Assembly (NCBI RefSeq): GCF_006345805.1
Contig: NC_043021.1
Coordinates: 12,648,001 to 12,712,000 of the forward strand
Length of the DNA stretch: 64,000 nucleotides
Direction: 5' to 3'
Source: Octopus sinensis
Lineage: Eukaryota
The notes beneath the pieces were generated by a model. It worked only from the letters and a program-made list of their open reading frames with translations, was not told the DNA's origin and searched no databases. Shown here one piece after another: positions 1-12,435 of this stretch; the first letter of the stretch is position 1, and every line of letters begins with the position of its first letter. The position numbers and the translations under genes are program-made.

Positions 1-263
1 ATCAACTTCAATTACTGCTTCCCATTTGCTTGGCAGACGGTCAGACCATCATTTAAAGATGTTTTTGCTAAATATTGTTATTGTTTTTGTTGAATAAAAC
101 TTGTTGAAAAAAAGGCACAATAATTATGCACCAACCCAGTACTATTATAATCATTATTATTATTATTATTATTATTATCATTGTTATTATTATTATTATT
201 ATATTATTATTATTTTTGTTAATTTCTTTAAATGCATGTTCTTCTGTCCTTGATTAATTAAAG

Positions 264-456
264 ACTGAACAGAAACCCACAAATGGCATACACCAAGGAG
301 CAGAAATCACTGAAGATCCACCACCAGAAGGAAACACACCCAAGCAAAGAGGTGCCTGGGGAAAACAGATAGAGTTTTTCATAACATGTGTTGGTTTTGC
401 TGTAGGTTTGGGTAATGTATGGCGCTTCCCATATCTCTGCTACAAGAATGGAGGAG
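264..456 (+). CDS. SLC6 exon (N-terminus/TM1)
   Basis: aag| TEQKPTNG...[36 protein letters not shown](G) |gtaagt. In-frame TAA at 255 and no in-frame ATG upstream in the window, so this is an internal exon. An alternative in-frame acceptor at 272/273 is possible. Confidence 0.9.
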
Positions 457-3009
457 GTAAGTGAGGCATAATGCTTGCCATTTGTTATCTTTTATCATTA
501 CTTGTTTCAGTCTTCAGGCTGTGGTCATGCTGGGGCACTGCCTTAAAGAGTTTAGTCAAACAAATCGACTCCAGTACTCATTTTTTAAAGTTAGGTAATT
601 ATTCTATCAGTCTCCACTGCCAAACCCCTAAGTTACAGAGATGTAAACAAAAAACCAATTGTCAAGTGACAAGGGGGACATACACAAACACACACACAAG
701 TACATATATATAAATATATATAACAATTAAAGTCCAGGAGTAGTGAGAAGTACGAATATTTAATTCCATATGTTTACAGCTGTTTCATAATTCACATTCA
801 GTTACATCATCGACTAATGCTGAAGTCAAAGCACATAATATATATATATACATACGTATGTATGTATGTATGTATATAAGCTCTTTGTATAGGGACTTCT
901 CCCACAATGTCTGTCTACCAAATTCATTTACAAGGTATTGGTTGGCCCAGGGCTATTGAAGACACTTGTCCAGGTTGCCATTCAGTGGCCTTGAACCCGA
1001 CAGCTAGTGGTTGCAAAGTGAGATTCTTAGCCACACAGCCATTCCTGGATGATTTCCTTGTTCCTTTCCAAAGACTATACTCACTGTTAAACCCTCAACC
1101 TTACTTTTTGCTTCCAGGTGCATTTCTAATTCCATATTTCATTTGTCTGATAACCATTGGCATCCCTCTCTTCTTTATGGAGATCTCTGTCGGTCAGTTT
1201 AGTGGACTTGGTCCACTGACAATATTTCGCCATTGTCCACCTTTTAAAGGTAAGTCAACGTAGCTGCTGTTGTTGTTGTTATTGCTTAATCCCACCACTA
1301 CCACCACCACTACACATAACAACTAAGTAAGCTCATACTGAGCAGAGCTAAGACTGCAAGCACTCTGTGACCATACTAAGACTCTTGAGCATTGATATTA
1401 TTCATGTTAATATTATTATTATTATTATTATTATTATATAAGTGAGGGTGCATGGCTTAATGGTTTGGGTGTTGCACTCATGATTTAGTGATCATGATTT
1501 CAATTCCTGGACTGTGTGGTGCATTGTGTCTCTAAAGAAAACACTTCACCTCACATTGCTCTGTGGTCACTTCGACACCTGATGCGTGGTACACTGTCCA
1601 CCTGTTCAGACAACGTCAATTTGATGGAGGGAGTGAACTAATATGTAACACGAACATAGGATCACTTTAAACAAATAATTTTTGCAGGTTGTTCGACTAA
1701 AGCTGGATACTCATACAACATCTTCAATACGTGAGTCCATCATTATTGTGTGAGAGCAATGCATGCCATGATTTATTTGGTCCTACTCAAGCCATACCTG
1801 GCTCATAAGGGCCAGTTTCCCGGTTTCCTTGGCATATAGGTTCCCCACCTGGATGGCATGCCAGTCCATCACAGGTAAGCTGCAAGATTCAGGAGGAAAG
1901 AGTGAGAGAAATTTATGGTGAAAGAGTCAGCAGAAGTTCGCCATTACCTTCTGCTGGAGCCACGTGGAGCTTAGGTGTTTCACTCATAAACACACACATT
2001 GCCCAGGCTGAGATTCGAACCTGCAATCCCTCGATCACGAGCCCACTGCTCTAACCACTAGGCCATGTGCCACCCATAAAGGTGACACTGGGATACAAAT
2101 ATATGAAGCCCAATATACCCATCATGACTAGTTGTCTGATAAGGGTACACCAGACTCACGCATCACAACCAGATGTGCAAGACATGGTGATCTCATATCA
2201 GGACAAACAGCACATGACCTTGCAGGTGGAGCCCAGTTAGAATTTTCTTCAAGCTGAGTAGCCCATCCTGCTCAAAAGGTCCCTGAATAAGGTTTGTTTG
2301 AAGACAATGAACGAAACACCTATGTTCCCAGAAATGAAATATTCAAACCTTAAAGAAATCCCATCAACACATGGTTATGATGCTCCACCACTACTTCTGA
2401 AATCTAACAATATTTGTTTGAACACATGATTTGACATCAGGAATCTTGCAGAACAAATACATAAATGGCTTCGTGGTTAAGGTGTTGCACTCACAATTGC
2501 AAGATCATGAGTTCGATTTCCAGACCGGGCGTTGTGTTGTGTTTTTGAACAAAACACTTCATTTCATGTTGCTCTGCGATCATTTCAACATCTTACATGT
2601 GGCACCTGCTGCACCTGTACAGGTAATGTCAATTTGATGGAGGGAGGGAGCTTATGTCTACACAAACATTTGATCACTATAAGCAAAATCATCTGAGTGA
2701 CTGTTTGGTAAGAATTTGTCAAACCCTCATATGTCATCTAATGATGGGAGAGTCCATCATATATATATATATATATGATAGATCGTTAGCCACCACACAC
2801 ATTTTTTTTCTTTGCTTATTTTTTTCTGTGTCCCTTTCTGTAGAAGAGCATAGGCTCGAAACGTAAAAGACTTTTTCAATTCCTGAGCGTTATACTAATA
2901 CATCTGTTTGTTTTCTACACCACCTGTCTTCGTCTTTTGTTTTTTTCGTGAACTCTCCCTATATATACATATATATATATATATATTTCTAAATGGGTGA
3001 ATAAATTAT

Positions 3010-3063
<54 letters not shown>

Positions 3064-6000
3064 TATATATAGATATATATATGGTCATTTCTATAAATGT
3101 GCAACTGTCAATCTTTGCAGGTGTTGGCTACTCCATGTTGATTCTTGTGTTCCTCATTATAATCTACTATAACGTTATTGTGGCATATTCCATCTACTTC
3201 CTCTTTGCATCCTTCACATCATCACTGCCATGGCTCAAATGCAATAATGAGTGGAATACATGCAACTGTACTGTAAACACTTATGGCGACAACTTCACCA
3301 ACATTGCCGCTACAGACCCCAGCAATCAAGTACCATCTCTAAGCGACGTTGAAGGCCTGTTTAATGAAACTCATCCTGATTGCAGACGTAAGTAGAATGT
3401 TCATTTTTGAATTCTGTCATTGTTTTGCTCTTTTACTGATTTTCAACTTAATAGACTATGGTCATGCTGAAGCACCGTCTTGGGTCTGACTGTACAAAGC
3501 CCACCCCCCAGACTTTGTTTCCTCCTAACTTTATACAAAATGGATATTTTTAAATGAAATTTGCTACAGATATGTTTCAAAGGATGTAAATTTAGAATTT
3601 GTTGTGAAAAAAATTCTTCAGAAGTATATGGCATGCCTCAACTTTGTTTTCTCATACTTTTTAGAAATATATGAATTTTTAAATGAAATTTTCGACAAAT
3701 ACCGTTCAGATGATGTAGATTACAATTATACCAAATACCACAAAATATTATGCTCAATACTCTTCCAACTCTGCCATTCATTGACCAACACACATACAAA
3801 CATTCATATATATGTTCATACACACACATTTATACATGCATATATCAGATATTATACTTATATATGTATATACATCATACATTTGCCATGATAGATCGCT
3901 AGCTACTACACATTCTTTATTTTCTCTCTTTGTTTCTTTGTGTTCCTTTCTGTGGAAGAGCGTAGACTCGAAACGTTAAGGACTTTTTCACTTCCCGAGC
4001 ATTATACTAATACATCTGTTTGTTGTCTACGTCACCTGTCTTTGTCTTGTTTTTTTGTGAATTCTCCCTATATACATGCATACATACATACATTCCAGAC
4101 CAAACTAATTTATAAACTTTTGCCTATCATTCCAGACCAGACTAATAAATAAACTTTTGCCTATCATTCCAGCCAACTTAACAGACTTGATAACATCCTC
4201 TGGAAATGTCACTTCATCTTGGAAAGCCCTCATTGATCCATATTTTTACAACTACACATCTAAGACTGCAAGTGAAGAATACTTCTTGTATGGCAACTAC
4301 TTTTTCCCATCGTTTTACTGACTTCCCACCTTCTTATCTCCCTGTATTCCCATCTTCCTTTTTTATCGTCTTCCCATCATATCACCACTCAGTCTTTCCA
4401 TCTTATCCTCTTCTTGATTTCCCATCAACCTGTCTCCTTCTCTTCCTATTATCCTCACTTCCTGTCTTTGTATCTTCCTGTTTTCCTGTCCTCCCATCAT
4501 CCCATTTTCTTGTCTTCCTATCTTCCTGACAGGGCCGGCTCAAGGTACCAACAACTAAGGCAGTTGCCCAGGGCGCCATGGGCTAGGGGGCACTAAGGAG
4601 GGCGTGACAAAGACAAGGAAATTTCAATGACCATTAGCTTGTACATGCCAAATTTCAGCTTGCCGGGGGCACCAGTAACCCAAGGGCTGGTAGATGGAAA
4701 TTGAAAGAAGCCCATATATATATGTATATGTTTTTGTGTCTGTGTTTGTCCCCCCCAACATCGCATGACAACCGATGCTGGTATGTTTATGTCCTTGTAA
4801 CTTATCAATTCAGCAACAGAGACCGATAGAATAAGTACTAGGCTTACAAACAATAAGTCCTGGGATCGATTTGTACAAAGAAAGGTGCTACTCCAGCATG
4901 ACTGCAGTCAAATGACTGAAACAAATAAGAGTAAAGAGTGTACTAAAATTCTACCAGCTTGCTGCCTTATTTTTATGATATATATTGCTGTTAGCTAGTT
5001 GAGTGGTAGACTGCAGAGCTGAACTGAATGTCTGATAGCATTTTATTTCATCTCACTACATCAGGGGTCGCCAAACTTTTTCAACCATCGACCCCCTTTA
5101 GCCACTTCTCCTTCCAAATTGACCCCCTTTACCCACTTCTCCTTCTGCATTGACCCCCTTTAGCCATTTCTCCTTCTATATCAGCCAGCCTCCTCATTTA
5201 GAATATCTTAATACTCTACCCTTCATATCTTAAATGCATTCCAGGTACTGATGTTGGCAATTAAAATGTTAGCTAAAATATACATGTACAACAAATTAAG
5301 AAATTCTATTGAAGATAACACACTTTTTACATTTAAAACTATGTGTATAAGTATATAGTATTACTCTTTTATTCTTTTATTTGTTTCAGTCATTTGACTG
5401 TGGCCATGCTGGAGCATTGCCTTTAGTCGAGCAAGTCAACCCCAGGACTTATTCTTTGTAAACCCAGTACTTATTCTATCGGTCTCTTATGCTGAACCAC
5501 TAAGTTACGGGGATGTAAACACACCAGCATCGGTTGTCAGGCGATGTTGGGGGAACAAACACAGACACACATGTACATACATACACACATATACATATAC
5601 ACGATGGGCTTCTTTCAGTTTCCGTCTACCAAATCCACTCACAAGGCTTTGGTGGCCCGAGGCTATAGTAGAAGACACTTGCCCAAGGTGCCACGCAGTG
5701 GGTCTGAACCCAGAACCATGTGGTTAGTAAGCAAGCTACTTACCACACAGCCACTCCTATGCCTATAAGCCTATTAAGCTTTCAATTTTTATGAAATTGT
5801 TTTCAGTTAGAAAATGTGAAAAATGCATCATATTGCTGGAATATCTTTTATTGAAATTGACAACATCAACGTGAGGGATGGGCATGGAGCTGACCAAGTA
5901 TTTCAAGCAGTTCATCTGGGTGAGCTGGTCTTTCACATGCTGACCCCTCCCCCCCCCACTTGACCCCTTGGCTATCATTGACTCCTTGTAATTTCCTTCA

Positions 6001-8790
6001 GACTTTGGTGACCTCTGCTCCATATCCTGAGTTCACATCCTGCAAGAGACTCCTTAGCATTTTATTCCCCTAAATTCAGAACCAGAGTGTTGTTGCTTTA
6101 ACCCTCAGGTCAACTGTGTTGGAGAAGATCTAATTACCAAAGGCATCCCAGCTATGACCATCCCATCTGATTTTCAGATATGATGAATCTAGAATTACCT
6201 TGCCTCATGTATTGTTTCCTTCTATTTATTTTTTTAAAGATAGTTTCAATGTGTGGTTTGAAGTCGCTATTTCTAGCAGTTTGATGGGCCACATAGAGGC
6301 TGCTTCAATAACTTGAAGTTGTACTGTCTCTAGTGGTGGTGGTGGTGTTTATATTACTGGTTGTTAACGACTGTAGTGGTGGGATATGGTGGTGATGGTG
6401 ATGGTATTGACAGTGGTGGTGGTGATGGCAGCAGTGGTAATATGGTGATCGTGACAGTAGTGATAGTGATGGTGGTGGTGGTGATGGTATGTTCTTATAT
6501 TAACCAAAGTAATTCTGTTTATTATTGTAATTATCAGATTATTACTAAAAAGTTGTGAGTCGTTGTTATTGTTATTGTTGTTGCTGCTGTTTAAACTCAG
6601 GTCAGCCCTGATTGAGTAAACCTAAATGAAGAATGGAGTTACCAGCTATGACCATCCTGTCTTTTGTTGTCTTTTAACAGGACAAGTAGTTTGACCAATA
6701 TCTTCTGTGTGGAATACGTTAGATGGAAATTGTGCAAAAATCCTTTCTCTCTCTCTTTGCTTACACACACACACATTGGTGACAGAGACAATATTAGTAC
6801 TGAGAGATAATCTTTATCCCCACTTAAACCTGGATGTTCTGTTAGAACAAACTATACTGTGGTAGATACCATTAGTTTTTTTTGGTGCAAAATGAACTCT
6901 TGTTCATATCCCTGCAAGTGGGGAGATAAATTCTAGCCACCTCCAGTGCTGAGAACACCAGATCCCGTGATTTCAACCATCCTTGGTCTCATCAATGATG
7001 GACACTCAACTGCCAGAGAGAGCAGCAACTCATCTCCCCACCAGCAATATATAGATTGAAAGTGCCAGAACTGGTACTGGTGTCATGATTAGTCAATTAG
7101 CTTGTTAAAATTTTTTAACAAGCTAACTGGCTTGAGGGGGCTGGGCGTTTTGAGGATGGTCATGGTTGGAACGATTTTGATCAATAGGTTATGCTGGATC
7201 ATGTTTGGTATGATAATCATGGCCAGAATCACTTCAAGCAATAGGCCTGCTGGATCAAGTTTGACAGGATGGTCGTGGTTACAATATCTTTGATTAATAG
7301 GCCTGTAAGATCAAGTTTGAAAGGGTGGTCATGGCTGAAATATATTTGAGCAATATGTCTGCTGAATCAAGTTTGATAGAATGGTCATGGCAGTGAGTTG
7401 GCAGAATCGTTAGCATGCCGGGAGAAATGCTTAGCAGTATTTCGTCTGCCGCTACGTTCTGAGTTCAAATTCTGCCAAGGTTGACTTTGCCTTTCATCCT
7501 TTCAGGGTCGATTAAATAAGTACCAGTTACGCACTGGGGTTGATGTAATCGACTTAATCTGTTTGTCTGTCCTTATTTGTCTCCTCTGTGTTTAGCCCCT
7601 TGTGGGTAGTAAAGAAATAGGTATTTCATCTGCCGCTACGTTCTGAGTTCAAATTCTGTTGAGGTTGACTTTGCCTTTCATCCTTTCGGGGTCGATAAAT
7701 TAAGTACCAGTTACGCACTGGGGTCGATATAATCAACTTAATTCATTTTTCTGTCCTTGTTTGTCCCCTCTGTGTGTAGCCCCTTGTGGGCAGTAAAGAA
7801 ATAATAATGGTCATGGCCAGAATCTCTTCATTCGATAGGCGTGCTGGCTGGATCAAGTTTGAAAGTGTGCTTGTGGCTGGAATATCCTTGGTCACATGTC
7901 TGCTGAATCAGCTTTGACCTGGAACTAAACAACACCAACAACAACATCATTGATGGATTTTTTCTTTTTCTTTTTGTTAAATGTCCAATTCTAATTGTGT
8001 CCTTAAAAAAATGTCTGTTTTAAGCAATGAAGTCCTAAAGATGACCGACGACATCTATGAAATGGTCACAGTGGAATGGGACCTCAGCCTCTGTCTTCTT
8101 CTCGCCTGGTGTATAGTATTCTTTGTCCTTTTGAAAGGAATCAAGTCGTTAGGGAAGGTAGGTACTTTCTTCCATGTTGTTTCTTCTTATTTTAGTTTTT
8201 GGTGTGCAGGTTAGCTCTGCACACGAGTCGACAGGTCTTGAGCCAAACTTTGAGATGAGGGCACTTGCTTTTCATAGACAGGGCAGTCCAAGTATTTGAG
8301 GAGAATGTGGGGGTGGGGTTCACTTATTGATGTGAGGAAACTGACCTCCTCTTAACCAATGATAATGACGGTACTGGTGCCGAGCTGGCAGAATCGTTAG
8401 CACGCCAAGCGAAATGTGAAACCGTATTTCCTCTGCCGTTACGTTCTGAGTTCAAATTCCGCTGAGGTCGACTTTGCCTTTCATCCTTTCAGGGGCGATA
8501 AATTAAGTACCAGTTACACACTGGGGTCGATGTAATTGACTTAATACCTATGTCTGTCCTTGTTTGTCCCCTCTATGTTTAGCCCCTTGTGGGTAATAAA
8601 GAAATAGGTACTGGTGCCTTCCCCCTTTTCTCTGTCACATGACTATAAATGAACAATCTGGTGTGTTTATTTTAATGGGCTACCAATGTATACAGTACGT
8701 TTCTCTACCCAAGGTGTCAAGAAGACACTCGAGAAGAAATGGAAACAGAATTGAAAGAAGATGTTAATGAAAATAATAATAATAATAATG

Positions 8791-8834
<44 letters not shown>

Positions 8835-9641
8835 AATAAATATTTATTTGTGTATAACTTCTGGATGAGTTATCTCGGTCCTATATAGTCTAAACAAAAA
8901 ATGAAGTAGACTGACATGTGATTTTGAACCTGTAGAAGGCACGCTAGATGCCGAAATATTGTTCAACCAATTTCACATGATAAGGCACTCTTCTATTTAT
9001 TTGTGTATAAATTCTGGATGAGTTACCTCGGTCCTATATAGTCTAATAATAATAATAATAATATGATTGATTAGTAAAGTCTTCCATACAATTCCAGGCT
9101 GCTTGTTTAATTTCTCTATTTCCATATATTTCCAGGTTGCTTATTTCACTTCTCTGTTTCCATATATTTTATTGGCTTGTCTCATTGGCAAAGGAGCCAC
9201 ACTGGAAGGTTCTTCAGATGGAATCTACTATTACCTACGGCCAGACGTCTCAAAATTAAAGAACGCTCAGGTAAACTCATAAATATATGATGGACTCTCC
9301 TGTCGAAGATGGCGTATGAGATGTTCGGCTTTTGCTGAATGGCCTACACAAATGATTTGTTTATAATGATCAAAGCTATGTGGTGTACATTAGCTCATAC
9401 CTTACACCAAATGGGCATTGCCTGAACAGGTGCACAATGTGCCACACGTCGGGTGTCAAAGTGATTGTAGAGGAATGTGAGATGAATTGTTTCGCTGATG
9501 AACATAATGCAAAGCCCAGTCTAAGAATTGAAACCGTGATCTCATGATCATGGGTACAATACTCTAACCACTAGGCCAGGCATCCTCACTCAAAATATAT
9601 AATGTGTATGTGTGTATGTGTGTGTGTCTGTGTGTGTGTGC

Positions 9642-9695
<54 letters not shown>

Positions 9696-11814
9696 ATACG
9701 TATGTCATTATTCAGTTTATTTCAAGATTTCTTGCCAATAGAGAAAGAACCAGTTTGTAACCTGGTTTCCAAGGTTCCTTTATTGGAATTTCACCATCAA
9801 CAACAGGGTATTTTTGTTTGTATGTATGTCATTATTCAGTTTATTTCAAGATGTATGTATGCATGCATGTATGTATCCGTGTATTCTCTTATTTTGTTTC
9901 AATCATTTTGACTGTGGCCATGCTGGAGCACTGCCTTTGGTCAAACAAATCGACCCCAGGACTCATTCTTTGTAAACCTAGTATTTATTCTATTGGTCCC
10001 TTTTGCCGAAATGCTAAGTTACGGGGACGTAAACGGTTGTCAAGCGATGGGGAGGGAACAAACAGAGACACACAAACATATATATATATATTCTGATTAT
10101 ATTTTAGATATTTCAATTAACCTGAAGATTGACTGTAACCATAACTCGAATTATTACGAATTGTACAGCCATGAAACGATCGTAGTGTTTTACACTTTAT
10201 CTTTTATTAAACTTTTAATACTTTTGATATATATTTAAAATAATATAAATTAATTAATTTTATGTATTGGCTTATGTTTTTCATTGTTTGATTTGCCTAA
10301 TAGTGGTTTTATCTCTAATTTAATATAATATATATATATATGACAGGCTTCTTTCAGTGTCCGCCTACCAAATCCACTCATAAGGCTTTGGTCAGCCCGA
10401 GGCTATAGTAGAAGACACTTGCCCAAGGTGCCACGCAGTGGGACTGAATCCAGAACCATATGGTTGGTAAGCAAGCTACTTACCACACAACCACTCCTGC
10501 ACCTATAATAATAATAATAATAATAAAAATGGTTTCAAATTTTGGCACAAAGCCAGTAATGTCGGGGGAGGAGTCAAGTCAATAACATAGACCATAGCGT
10601 TCAACTGGAATTTATTTTATTGACCCTGAAGGGATGGAAGATAAAGTCAACCTCGGCAGAATTCGAACTCATGATACTAAATATTTCAAATTTTTGCCAC
10701 AAGGATAGCTTGGAGGAGGTAGGGATGAGTCGATTACATCAACCCCAGTGTTCAAACTGGTATATATTTTATCGACCCTGAAAGGATGAAAGGCAAAATC
10801 AACCTTGGCAGAGTTAGAACTCAGAACTTTGGGATCGGGCAAAATACCGCTAAGCATTTCTTCCAGTGTGCTAAAGATTCTGCTAGCTTGCCACCTTACT
10901 CATAACCCCTAATACTAATAATGATAATAAATAATAATAAAAACAAACATGAATAGGCGCAGGAGTGGCTGTGTGGTAAGTAGCTTGCTAACCAACCACA
11001 CAGTTCCGGGTTCAGTCCCACTGCGTGGCATCTTGGGCAAGTGTCTTCTGCTATAGCACCGGGCCGACCAATGCCTTGTGAGTGGATTTGGTAGACGGAA
11101 ACTGAAAGAAGCCTGTCGTATATATGTATATATATGTGTGTGTGTTTGTCCCCCTAGCATTGCTTGACAACCGATGCTGGTGTGTTTACGTCCCCGTCAC
11201 TTAGCGGTTCGGCAAAAGAGACCGATAGAATAAGTACTGGGCTTACAAAGAATAAGTCCAGGGGTCGATTTGCTCGACTAAAGGTGGTGCTCCAGCATGG
11301 CCGCAGTCAAATGACTGAAACAAGTAAAAGAGTAAAGAGTATGAATATAAATGTGAAAATTCTCCTAGAGAGGTCAAGGAGAGGCATAAAGGGGGAAATA
11401 TAGGTGATTTGGGAGCGGTAGAGGATATAGATTGTAACTTTTGAGTACTCCTCAGACAAATAGACACTTGAAAAATCCTCAAGAGTTCCAGATAAACTAT
11501 AAGAGTTACTTACTTACGTCACTTATATCCTGTTTTCTTCTTTTTTCTCTCTTTTTTTTTAAACTTTTTCGTTTTTACAAATGAGGATATCCTTCTGACA
11601 GTAAAAAAAAAAACAAACAAAAAAAGATTTGTTATCTAAGAGAATTTCAGAGTTAATTAATTATCTTAATTAATTTAAGGTGCAGGCATTGCTATGTAGT
11701 AAGAAGTTCACTTCCAAACCACTAGATTCTGGGTTCAGTCCTACTGCATGGCGCCCTGAGTAAGTTTCTTGTCCGTCATGTATAAACATGTGTATGTACA
11801 TGTGTATGTATGTA

Positions 11815-11875
<61 letters not shown>

Positions 11876-12081
11876 ATAATAATATTAGGGAGTAAATCCA
11901 AACTTACAGGGAAAAATTAGATTTAGGATTAAATCTAATTTTACAGTATAAATATATATATAATTTAAATTTTGAATTTGATATTTTATATATTTTGTAT
12001 ATTATATTAATTAATTTTATTTCTATGTTTTGGTTTATGTTTTTCACTGTTTGAGTTGCCTAATAGTGGTTTTGTCTCAAA

Positions 12082-12137
<56 letters not shown>

Positions 12138-12397
12138 TATATATATATTATATATATATATAATAATAATAATATTAGGGAGTAAATCCAAACTTACAGG
12201 GAAAAATTAAATTTAGGATTAAATCTAATTTTACAGTATAAATATATATATAATTTAAATTTTGAATTTTATATTTATATATTTTGTATATTATATTAAT
12301 TAATTTTATTTCTATGTTTTGGTTTATGTTTTTCACTGTTTGAGTTGCCTAATAGTGGTTTTGTCTCAAATTTAATATATATTATATATATATATTA

Positions 12398-12435
<38 letters not shown>

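Noticed and set aside
283-372. ATG at 283 as the SLC6 start codon
   Set aside because: Out of frame with the TM1 motif and stops after 29 codons.
3443-3634. Minus-strand [19 protein letters not shown] resembling the SLC6 SEEY..VL motif
   Set aside because: Wrong strand, no splice context, and part of a local ~125-bp diverged duplication; the true SEEY exon is 4173-4287.
4520-4690. hAT/PIF-like MITE start (cagggccggc), and similar ends at ~5060 and ~24452
   Set aside because: No matching second TIR or TSD could be identified.
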